Program-made: the position numbers and the translations under genes | Shown: positions 25,187 through 35,265 of the stretch, piece by piece | How the letters are laid out: every line of letters begins with the position of its first letter | Position numbering within the stretch: position 1 is the first letter of the stretch | From: Stegostoma tigrinum | Taxonomy: Eukaryota | Assembly (NCBI RefSeq): GCF_030684315.1 | Contig: NC_081396.1 | Location: 4,340,001-4,404,000 of the forward strand | DNA length: 64,000 bases | Direction of reading: 5' to 3' | The notes under the pieces: generated by a model | Seen by the model: the letters and a program-made list of their open reading frames with translations, nothing else | Told to the model about the DNA's origin: nothing | Database searches by the model: none

Positions 25187-25492
25187 TTTCAGAGTGCCGT
25201 GATTAAACAGCTAAAATACTACCGCCACCAGTTGAACAGGTCTTACTGGAGGCCACGGTGACATTAACCTGCGTTGTGTCCAATCTTCATTTTGAAGCCG
25301 ACTTCACCTGGTTACACGACAAGAAGACTCTGAAATCAGAACTTGTTGACCAGTCCGGAGAGCATTCCGAAGGTGTGATCAGCAATTTAGATATTTCTAC
25401 TGAAGCCTGGCTGAGTGGGGATACATTTGAACGCGTGGTGAACAATCAGTATCTACCGACTCCACTGAGAAACTCCATCCACAAAGAGAAAT
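25187..25492 (+). pseudogene. IGHM: IgM CH3 exon with premature stop and Cys>Arg
   Basis: ttgtag| [29 protein letters not shown]...[13 protein letters not shown]...IHKEK T|GTGAGT. TAA 25204-25206; CGC 25432-25434 at the second Cys position. Confidence 0.93.
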
Positions 25493-25871
25493 GTGAGTTA
25501 AGAAATGAAAGCACAAAGCATTTATAATTTAGATCCAGTTTCATCGATGGCATGTTTTGATTGGTATTAAAGTAGCTCCGTTGATGGCATTGATGATACA
25601 TTTCCTGACAAGAAAGATAAATAAAGAATGAGGGAAAAATCAAAACTCGATTAGCGGATATTCTGTCGAGATTATATTAAAAATTGGAAGAGAACTGGAG
25701 TTTTGTGACATAAACTCCAGTAATGACAAATGTGTAAAATTTCCGAGTTCTGGGCTAATGACATGCAGATGGCATTTCAACTTTTTTTTTGTAATGAATA
25801 GAACGGATACTATTCTACTACTTTAAAAAAAATGAAAGTGAATAAAATCCAAAATAAACATGGAATAGATG

Positions 25872-26976
25872 AAGATAATAAAATGTGAGGCTGGATGAAC
25901 ACAGCAGGCCAAGCAGCATCTCAGGAGCACAAAAGCTGACGTTTCGGGCCTAGACCCTTCATCAGAGAGGGGGATGGGGGGAGGGAACTGGAATAAATAG
26001 GGAGAGAGGGGGAGGCGGACCGAAGATGGAGAGCAAAGAAGATAGGTGGAGAGGGTGTAGGTGGGGAGGTAGGGAGGGGATAGGTCAGTCCAGGGAAGAC
26101 GGACAGGTCAAGGAGGTGGGATGAGGTTAGTAGGTAGCTGGGGGTGCGGCTGGGGGTGGGAGGAAGGGATGGGTGAGAGGAAGAACCGGTTAGGGAGGCA
26201 GAGACAGGTTGGACTGGTTTTGGGATGCAGTGGGTGGGGGGGAAGAGCTGGGCTGGTTGTGTGGTGCAGTGGGGGGAGGGGATGAACTGGGCTGGTTTAG
26301 GGATGCAGTGGGGGAAGGGGAGATTTTGAAACTGGTGAAGTCCACATTGATACCATATGGCTGCAGGGTTCCCAGGCGGAATATGAGTTGCTGTTCCTGC
26401 AACCTTCGGGTGGCATCATTGTGGCAGTGCAGGAGGCCCATGATGGACATGTCATCAAGAGAATGGGAGGGGGAGTGGAAATGGTTTGCGACTGGGAGGT
26501 GCAGTTGTTTGTTGCGAACTGAGCGGAGGTTCATCCCCTCCCCCCACTGCACCACACAACCAGCCCAGCTCTTCCCCCCCACCCACTGCATCCCAAAACC
26601 AGTCCAACCTGTCTCTGCCTCCCTAACCGGTTCTTCCTCTCACCCATCCCTTCCTCCCACCCCCAGCCGCACCCCCAGCTACCTACTAACCTCATCCCAC
26701 CTCCTTGACCTGTCCGTCTTCCCTGGACTGACCTATCCCCTCCCTACCTCCCCACCTACACCCTCTCCACCTATCTTCTTTGCTCTCCATCTTCGGTCCG
26801 CCTCCCCCTCTCTCCCTATTTATTCCAGTTCCCTCCCCCCATCCCCCTCTCTGATGAAGGGTCTAGGCCCGAAACGTCAGCTTTTGTGCTCCTGAGATGC
26901 TGCTTGGCCTGCTGTGTTCATCCAGCCTCACATTTTATTATCTTGGAATCTCCAGCATCTGCAGTTCCCATTATCT
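25872..26976. mobile_element. Penelope-like element 3' end inserted as an inverted repeat (416-bp arms 25872-26287 and 26529-26944) in the CH3-CH4 intron
   Basis: Arms are reverse complements with no mismatch noticed. The loop encodes the GIY-YIG C-terminus on the minus strand (LPVANHF...RRLQEQQLIFRLGTLQPYGINVDF). TSD CATGGAATAGATGAA at 25859-25873 and 26977-26991. Confidence 0.92.
26849..26880 (+). ncRNA. Minimal type-I hammerhead ribozyme motif in PLE terminus (mirror copy on the minus strand at 25936-25967)
   Basis: CTGATGA-A-GGGT(CTAG)GCCC-GAAA-C-GTC. Intact core boxes, stem II, loop-less palindromic helix III (ACGT), only a 2-bp helix I. Confidence 0.7.
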
Positions 26977-27063
26977 CATGGAATAGATGAATATTGGGTA
27001 AAATCCCAATCCTGTTTCCTTACGATTTAAAAATAATTCATACTTTTTTCAAACATTTTGCAG

Positions 27064-27394
27064 TGATAAATCCACTGGAGCCATCGGTGTCCATCCTGCT
27101 GCCAACGACATAAGAAGTCTCCGCACAGAGATTTCTTTCACTCACCTGTTTAGTGAGAGGCTTCAGGCCGCGAGAGATCTTTGTCAAGTGGACAACCAAT
27201 GACAAGCCAATTAATCCCAGTAACTACAAGAACACCGAGGTGACGGCAGAGAGCAACAACACTTCATTTTTCTTGTACAGCCTATTAACAATTGCAGCGG
27301 AGGAGTGGAGCCAGCGGTGCTTCTTACTCCTGTGTGGTGGGACATGAAGCGATTCCATTGAAGATCATCAGCAGAACAGTTGATCAATCCAGCG
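27064..27394 (+). pseudogene. IGHM: IgM CH4 exon with stop and +1 frameshift
   Basis: ttgcag| [41 protein letters not shown]...AAEEW[+A 27309][31 protein letters not shown] 27111-27113; internal TM donor G|GTGAAC at 27395. Confidence 0.94.
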
Positions 27395-27456
27395 GTGAAC
27401 CGAGTTTTGTGAATATTTCGCTTGCACTGATGGACGCCATCAATTCATGCCAATGA
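27394..27456 (+). pseudogene. IGHM: IgM secretory tailpiece ([20 protein letters not shown])
   Basis: Contiguous with CH4; N-glycosylation sequon NIS and penultimate Cys; TGA 27454-27456; ATTAAA at 27479-27484. Confidence 0.92.
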
Positions 27457-28639
27457 AATTTTAAGGTTACAGTAAAGAATTAAATGAAAGTAATAATGTG
27501 TTTTCTTTCTTCAATTTGTCATTTAAATAGACAATCGTTTAATTTATGGTATTTCTCACTTTTCATAATATTCCGCCCTTCCAGTAAAAGTCGATAGATA
27601 GCAGGACTAGGAATCGTGTCTTGTGCAGTTAATGCTCCTTGCTCAGACCAGTCCTTGTTCAGTGACAGACAAAAGCTCAATCATTACGGCATTCAGCAAA
27701 GCACCTTCCCCATCTTAAATGTTACTGCGACAAAATTTGACAATGTCTATTCCATCACAAATGAGCATCATGGATTTTGATCTTGGCTTCCCTGATTCCA
27801 CAATCGCCTATATCTTGAAAATTCATGCCAGCTTTTAAATGCCCCATTGCACCCCCTTGGAGTATACCCTTTCGTGGCATTTAAAACAATGTTTGATTGT
27901 GACACACCAAGAAGGAAGTATTGCTTTGGTTACCAATCATATTGAGTTCAGAGTAACTTGAATTTCTCCTTTTATCGGTGCTATGCCAGGGACCTAAGAC
28001 CAGTGCATCAGTTAACAGAATCCATTTTTTTCAAGTCCACAGCAAACATAATAGAAAGAAACGTTGTTATTTCAAACATAGGGAGAAGCGGGTAGAATGA
28101 GTAATGGATGATATGCGGACACCACTTGCCTAGAGTTCACGTTATATGCCCTCTGTATTGTGATTTCTAGCTGACAGGAAGAGTCAGCTCATTGCTTACT
28201 GGCCAGTGATTCAAATCTACCAAGCAATATAATTCATTTGAAACCTATTCTATACCCTTGATCCCGTTAATCATCTGTTAACATTGTTTCTGCGGAATCA
28301 AAACCAACTTGGCATTGTTCCAGTTTATTTTCAACAGTTCTGACTCAAATTCCTGGAACCCGAGGGATCAGTTCTGGGATACAAACACAGGACATCATTT
28401 TCTTTCACTTGCTGTGGACATATTTTGCACACAAATTTCTCAGAAATGTAATTCTCCATCTCGAGAATGGTCGGAATTTTATTTGAGGAATTTCATTTCA
28501 GAGACAGAAGTTCTGACTTTGCACCAAGAGTTATTCACGTAGCGCTTATCTGTTCACAACAGTGACAAATCTTCCCTTCACCATCAGGGGCAGAGCTAAT
28601 CATTGGCAATTGATGATAGTTACAAAACAGTCAAAAAAA

Positions 28640-29800
28640 ACTCAGTCCGGTAGAAGAGCAGAAACAAATACAAATGCTCACAAACGCTCGCATGACACAG
28701 ATATACAAGCTCTCACCAAAAGGGACATAATTATGTTCAAACATAACTGCGCATACACGTAAGTTGCCACACTGTATGCATGCACACCATACATACTGAA
28801 CGGCACATAAACTGTCCCATAAAGACCAGTGCATTGAAAGAAACACACCCAAATAAACAGGGTCCACCATGCAAAATCATGAAAAACATAGACCCACGTC
28901 AGCACACAAACTCTCTTTAATACATATCCCTTCATAACCATGATACGTACAGATATGCATTTATAAACGCACACATACAATATCCAAGATATATCCTCCC
29001 ATGTACGCACTCACACACATAGACATATGAGTGCAGAGGCAAACTTTAATTTCATCATTATCCCACTTGCAGAAATCTCGACATCTGAGTTAAGAGGCGG
29101 CTTAGTTACTTATTTTACAAAATACTTTAATATACACATCAGAACGTCCACGCATGAACACAATTTCTGAGTCTCACAGGCAGACACAGAAGTGCATTGA
29201 CCAATGCACAGTGGGGTATTTTCAATGAAGGGGAATAGCACAACATCAATAAACATCCACACCTAATAGCACAAAAAAAATCATTTCAAGAGTTGGTTTA
29301 GAATGTAATGACATGCAAATAATAACATCACATAAATTTAAACATGAATCAATACATGAAGTTACACACGAACATAACATGTTTATGGAGCACAAACATG
29401 AAAATAGTTTGAGTCTGGCAGAGTCTGCAATCGATACATAAACACACATTTTCAATCGCACTATACAAACAAAAACTCTCAACGTCATTAAAAAAATATG
29501 GTAGGTATCAACGAATGAGGTAGCATATTAACATAACGTTGCTAACATGTGAAATGAACACAATTTACCGAAAAAGCACAAAGATGTTAATGAACATAAC
29601 GGCGCCCAAGCAACTAGAATATGCTTGGCCATGCATAATCTCCAAAGAGAATACATGTGAAGGAAGAGACACTCATAACCACATACCCAAACAATAAAGG
29701 GAAAAAAAGTACACACCAAGCTGCAGACAAAAAAAACTAAGGTAGAGTTCACAAAATTAAAAAAATCTCAGCGTAGACAGATAATGCAAACAAATATATG
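28640..29800. repeat. Degenerate CA-rich low-complexity tract between CH4 and TM1
   Basis: Strong A/C bias with many ACAC/ATAC units; produces spurious V/C/M-rich ORFs on the minus strand. Confidence 0.65.
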
Positions 29801-30272
29801 AAATAATGATCGTACTCTTGACCAATTTATATTCATGATTTGTCGAGCAATTAATCACATATAAAAATGAAAGATCAGTCGTCACATTTGAACTCATATT
29901 CACTGATGACCACAATTTTCAACTTAACAGCTGCCGCTGCCTATATTGCAAATACAATGCCATAATTAATGTAATCGTTCCCAATCTGTGAAATGACAAC
30001 AGTGATTATATTCTCCATTAATATTTTAAATAAAGAAATGCGTCAAAATGTTCAGACGTGGCTAACCAAGGAAGAACATGTCCAAATGGGATTAGCAAGT
30101 CTTTGCTGGCAAGAAATAAAACAACAATAGGTGGAGATCAAAAGTCAAATTTGAGAACAACCTGACAGCTTGAAGAACGCGTGACAGTTCTTAATTACAA
30201 TATTTAGAGAAAGATATATCAGACTGGGTCAATGAACAATCTCAACTCGTTGTCTCGTTTTTATATTCATAG

Positions 30273-30400
30273 ACTCCAGAGATCATAATTGGATTGAACA
30301 CTCTGAGGATGATAACGGCAACATGTGGACAACTGCTTCTACATTCATTACCTTGTTCTTTCTGAGCATTTTCTACAGTGCTGCCGTCACACTGGTCAAG
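30273..30400 (+). CDS. IGHM: IgM transmembrane exon TM1, intact
   Basis: tcatag| (D)SRDHNWIEHSEDDNGNMWTTASTFITLFFLSIFYSAAVTLVK |GTTAGA; conserved antigen-receptor TM (CART) residues. Confidence 0.96.
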
Positions 30401-30539
30401 GTTAGACAAATGAAATCGCTTGCACCTCAAACAGGCCATTGTTGTTTGTGCAATCTGGTTGTGTGTCAATGAATTAAAATTAAAACCTGAATGCCCTGAG
30501 CATAAATATTTACATCTTTACCTGATCACTCTTTTTCAG

Positions 30540-30548
30540 GTCAAGTGA
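30540..30548 (+). CDS. IGHM: IgM TM2 exon (VK*), completing the KVK cytoplasmic tail
   Basis: ctttttcag|GTC AAG TGA, 139 nt after TM1. Confidence 0.92.
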   Translation, partial: VK

Positions 30549-31054
30549 ATGAACTTTGCACCCCGTTGAATTTCCTAATCTGTTCATCGAGGCCACTGAA
30601 CTCCAAATGTATAATCAGTCATGTGGTTGAAAGTAGCAGTGAGATAAATTCACTTTACGAGTCTGTAAATGAGAAAATCTTTGTTGTGTTTTCAATTTCC
30701 CTTGCTTGGTAACGCCAAGATAGTTAGTGTTTCAATAATTTGTAGCTTCCTAATAGGTGAAGTCAATTTGTGTTGTTGTTGTTGTTATTCCTCACTCAAA
30801 ATTGTTGTTCGTCTTCTATGTTGAGTCTGTAATTTCTTTTTCTGATGACTATTACCGATGAGTATGAAATACAGAGCTCAGATGGTATGTGTTATCGACT
30901 GAATGTGGCATCAAATCATTATGTTCACTTTTGGTAATTTTAACATAAATATTTTGATTTAAATGCAGTCTGAATCAGGAAATATACTGAGACTGAATAT
31001 GTACAAACCTTGAGTTTGCTGTATTCTTTCTTCAAAGGTCATCAGTAATGGCAG

Positions 31055-31500
31055 TAGAATAACGGTCGTGATTTTTATAATGACTGGGCAAATGAGTGTG
31101 AGCTGTGTGCAGAACAGGATACAATAATGGACTGCTTGCGCTGAAATCACTCTGCCTCTGCATTATTCCATGAGAAAGATCGAGTGAAAAATGGGTTTAT
31201 ATTCATGGGCTGTAAGATGGAGAAGCTGAAGATGGAGAAGCTGAAGATGGAGAATTTTCCTAAATTTTACTGTCCCGCTCCGATTCCCGTCAAATGCTTC
31301 AGAGTTAGATCTGATTGTGTTTCCTGTCGTCATTAGGTTCAAGATTCTCCATCTTGCAGCCCATTTTTCACTCGATCTGTCTCATGACACAATCCAGATA
31401 CAGAATGATGACAGCGCAAGCAGGCCATTGTGGTATCCTGTTATGCAGACAGGTCACACCCGTTTGTCCAGCCATTATAAAAATCACAGCAGTTGTTCTA
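31055..31500. repeat. Imperfect inverted repeat (arms ~31055-31224 and ~31345-31500) with a 15-bp tandem triplet
   Basis: GATCGAGTGAAAAATGGG vs CCCATTTTTCACTCGATC; GTGATTTTTATAATG vs CATTATAAAAATCAC; AAGATGGAGAAGCTG x~2.7 at 31214-31254. Confidence 0.85.
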
Positions 31501-32689
31501 TTGTGAAACTGCTGAAGGCAGGCATTGGAGTTAGGAAGATTACTTTGTTCTGACTAAAAGCACAAAACCTCCAGGATCGGTAGACCTTCAGTTACGCACT
31601 GATAAATGTCCACCTAACATGCCCAATTAAACGTTCATCAGTCAAGAATATCACATTCAGTCGCGAATACAGACACATTGAGAACTGTGAGACCCATGAC
31701 AGAATTCGGCACCGATAAAATAAACCGTTCTCAGCATCTGAAACCTGTCCATTCTGGACACACTGAATCTTCCTCTGCGAGTTTGATTTTATTTAGTTTG
31801 GGGGCTATTCATGTAATATGAATCCTTACGACAACAGCTGTTTATAATCACCAACCAATTAAAATGATCTTTGGTCAAATCTGATAAATTGGCCAGAAAG
31901 AGCATCAACAAACGAGGTACGTATGTCAGGTATTTTCTTTATTTTCTCAATTTACTATTCAACACTTAAACGTGAATATTATACCTGAACGAGAGACTGA
32001 TGATCACCTTAAATGCATGCAACCATTACACAAGTGCAAATGCACAAAATTAAAATGAATTGCACGCTAAATTAAATTGGGCACACACGGAGAATCTTCC
32101 AAACTATTGGAGCAAGAGTCGTATTCTTTCACCACTGCTGGAAGATTTAAATGGGCAAAGTATCTGAAAGAAACACACAGGCAGATTTGCAGTGTGGAAA
32201 TCTAAACGACAACAGAAATTGATAGTGTACAAACCATTACGTTCATATTGACTATAGAAGCAGTGCTGTTAAATGTGCGAGATGCTCGGACAAATTTCTG
32301 TGCCTACTCTGTGACAGACACAGAAATTAATCTCGATCCATCACAACATTTCTTTCAAAGCATCTTGCCAGGCTCGTATTTTTTGGAATGTCCCAAATAA
32401 TCCCGAGGTCACAGCGCAGTTTACAGGAAATTTAATTGATTGAACCACTCGCTTCTTTAAAATGAACTTCACTTTATCTAATTTTGAGTTGTTTCAATTG
32501 TCAATTATATTTGACCAGCGTCTGAAAGTTTTCCAATCCTTCCTCAGTGGAAGTAATTTCTCACTATCCAATTCTACTAAAACCATCAGGATTTTCAGAA
32601 AATCAGCCATATTTAAAATTGCTGATCAAAGGAGGAGAACAGTCCTGACTTTGCAATATCGGTGAGGTGCATCATCCCAGGAAACGTGC

Positions 32690-33649
32690 AGTGATATTGA
32701 CATGCTGGTGGCTCCAGACTTCGTCTTCATCAAAAAAAAGTGTCTTCTGAAACTGGACGCAGTTTTCCAGGTGAGCTGAGCGACTGTTTTATTTAAGTTT
32801 AACGTAATTCCTTTCATTTTTACCTCCAGCAGTATTAATGAAGAAATGCATTTTCTGCACTTCCCCTGACATGTCATGGCACATTCACTGATTTGTGCAC
32901 ATAGTCAGGGAGGATCCTCAGCAGATTGGATGGCTCCGCAACTCTTTCCCACATGCTGAGCGTTGAATGGCTTCTCCCCAGTATCAGTTCGGTGCTGTGT
33001 AATGAATTTACAAGACTGCCTGAATATCCTTCCACAGGTATGGCAGCAGAATTGTTTTCCTTCATTTTGAGATGGAACGTATGACAAGGGGATGATGGAC
33101 TTTAAAAATTCCTTCCCACACATGAAGCGAGTCAATGACTTAACCCACAAATAGCTGTGATGATATTTTCCCGGAGAAGAAAGAATCGAATTCTGCAGTG
33201 CCCAAATACTCATGGATATTCTGTGGTGCTGGTCTCCTTCTGAGTGTGGTCATGCTTTGTTAGCCTGGGTGGATAATTAAATACTCTGCCACAATTCTGA
33301 CATCGCCACAGTTTCTTCATTTTGCTGGTTTTCTCTTGTCTCTGCAGTTTGAATGATCAGTTGAAGTCTCATATACACACACTACACTTAGTTTTGTGTC
33401 AATCTGAATATTGCATTTGTTTTAATTTCGACAATTGAAACCTTTCCCATATTCAGTGAGGTTGAAATCTGTCACTGAAATGCATATGTGCCTCAGAGAA
33501 TTTGCAGTCACACTGACCTTTGAACTGTTATAACACAGGCAGGGCAGGCAAATATTTCACATATCATATTTAGTGATCAATTACAGTCAGGTCCAGATAA
33601 TTCATGCGATTGACAAATTTTCGTGCATTGTTTTGTTTGCGTTTCCCAT
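32690..33649 (-). pseudogene. Decayed C2H2 zinc-finger array gene
   Basis: Minus strand KQFCCHTCGRIFRQSCKFITQHRTDTGEKPF, further CGKEF and YGKGF remnants, many frameshifts; acceptor gtttcag| at 33650. Confidence 0.75.
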
Positions 33650-33690
33650 CTGAAACTTGCAACACTCTAAAATGAGTTTACCAAAGACAA

Positions 33691-33894
33691 CAATATAATG
33701 CTGTGGCTGGAAGAACACAGCAGGCCAGGCAGCATCTTAGGAGCACAAAAGCTGTCGTTTCAGGCGTAGAATGAAGGGTCTAGGCCCGAAACGTCAGCTT
33801 TTCGGCTCCTAAAATGCTGCTTGCCCTGCTGTGTTCATCCAGGACCACAATTCATTATCTTGGATTCTGCAGCATCTGCAGTTCCCATTATGTC
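33691..33894. mobile_element. Short hairpin derivative of the PLE terminus
   Basis: Arms ~33706-33765 and ~33784-33842 are reverse complements; same sequence family as 25872-26976; ends with the ...GCATCTGCAGTTCCCATTA tail. Confidence 0.85.
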
Positions 33895-33996
33895 ATGAGA
33901 TAATACTAGTTTCTTTCCGTTGAGTTCCAAACATATTCTAATTATTTCATTCCTCAAATCTTCGTGTTTTACCATCATATCCCATGTTTTGTTTCA

Positions 33997-35265
33997 ATTC
34001 CATCTCCTATTCCCAACTCCTCCACCTCCGCCACATCTCCTCCCAGTATGAGGCATTCCACTCCCGCCCATCCCAGATGTTCACGTTCTACAAGGACCGC
34101 AACTTTCCCCCCACAGTGATCGAGAACGGCCTTGACTGCGTCTCCCACATTTCCCGCAACACATCCCTCAGACCCAGCCCCGCCACAACCGGCCCAAGAG
34201 GATCCCCCTCATTCTTAGATACAACGCCGCCAAACGCTGGTTACAACGCATCATCCTCCGAAACTTCCGTCATCTGCAATCCGACCCCACCACCCGAGCC
34301 ATTTTTCCATCCCCAACCTTGCCTGTCTTCCGGAGAGACAACTCTCTCCATGACTCCCTTGTCCGCTCCACATTCCCCTTCAATCCCACCACACCCAGCA
34401 CCTTCCTCTGCAACCGCAGTAAGTGCTACACGCGCCCCAACACCTCCTCCCTCACCCCCATCCCAGGCCCCAAGATGACCTTCCATATTAAGCAGGTGTT
34501 CACCTGCACATCTGCCAATCTGTTGCACTGTATCCATTGTACCTGGTGTGGCTTCCTCTACATTGGAGAAACCAAGCTGAGGCTTGTGAACCACTTTGCA
34601 GGACACCTCCTCTCATTTCACAATAAACAACTGCACCTCCCAGTCGCGAACCATTTTAACTCCCCCTCCCCTTCCTCAGACGACATGTCTACCATGGGCC
34701 TCCTGCAGTGCCACAATGATGCCACGCGAAGATTGCAAAAACAGCAACTCATATTTTGCTTGGGACTTCTGCAGCCCAATGGTATCAATGTGGACTTCAC
34801 AAGCTTCAAAATCTCCCCTTCCCCCACTGCATCCCTAAACCAGCCCAGATCTTCCGCTCCCTCCACTGCATCACAAAACCAGCCCACCTCGTCCGCTCCA
34901 CCCACTGCAACACAAAACCAGACCACCCTGTCTCCGCTTCACTCACCTGTTCTTCCTCTCAGCCAGCCCTTCCTCCCACCACAAACCACACCTCCATTTC
35001 CTACCTATTGCCTCATCCGACCTCCGTGACCTGTCTGTCTTCCCTGGACTGACCTGTCCCCTCCCTCCCTCCCCACCTATACTCTCCTCTCTACCTATCT
35101 TCTTTTCTCTCCATCTTCGGTCCGCCTTCCCCTCTCTCCCTATTTATTCCAGTGCCTTCTCCCCATCCCCATCTCTGATGAAGTGTCTAGGCCCGAAACG
35201 TCAGCTTTAATGCTCCTGAGATGCTGCTTGGCCTGCTGACTTCATGCAGCTTTACACTTTGTTGT
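33997..35265 (+). mobile_element. 5'-truncated Penelope-like (Neptune-type) retroelement: RT C-terminus, GIY-YIG endonuclease, 3' terminus with hammerhead motif (35175-35202)
   Basis: ORF track 34319-35029 has CNRSKCYT and FTCTSANLLHCIHCTWCGFLYIGETKLRL (GIY-YIG). Upstream SISYSQLLHLRHISS. CTGATGAAGTGTCTAGGCCCGAAACGTC near the end. Confidence 0.88.

Larger units (their letters stand above)
9919..30548 (+). pseudogene. IGHM: Cartilaginous-fish IgM heavy-chain cluster (L-V-D1-D2-J-CH1-CH2-CH3-CH4-sec-TM1-TM2), germline configuration, disabled for full-length IgM
   Basis: All segments are in order on the + strand with RSSs and GT/AG splice sites. Inactivating lesions: CH2 deletion, CH3 TAA and Cys>Arg, CH4 TAA and +1 frameshift. 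Confidence 0.95.

Noticed and set aside
26209-26895. 228-aa ORF in the CH3-CH4 intron as a novel gene or extra exon
   Set aside because: It is read-through of the PLE palindrome (antisense GIY-YIG plus low-complexity arm).
10229-27456. IgNAR or IgW identity
   Set aside because: Conventional VH with FR2/CDR2, two D segments, four C exons with IgM-type CH1/CH4 motifs and an IgM-type tailpiece.
31214-31254. CRISPR-like repeat
   Set aside because: Simple 15-bp tandem repeat without spacers, in vertebrate DNA.
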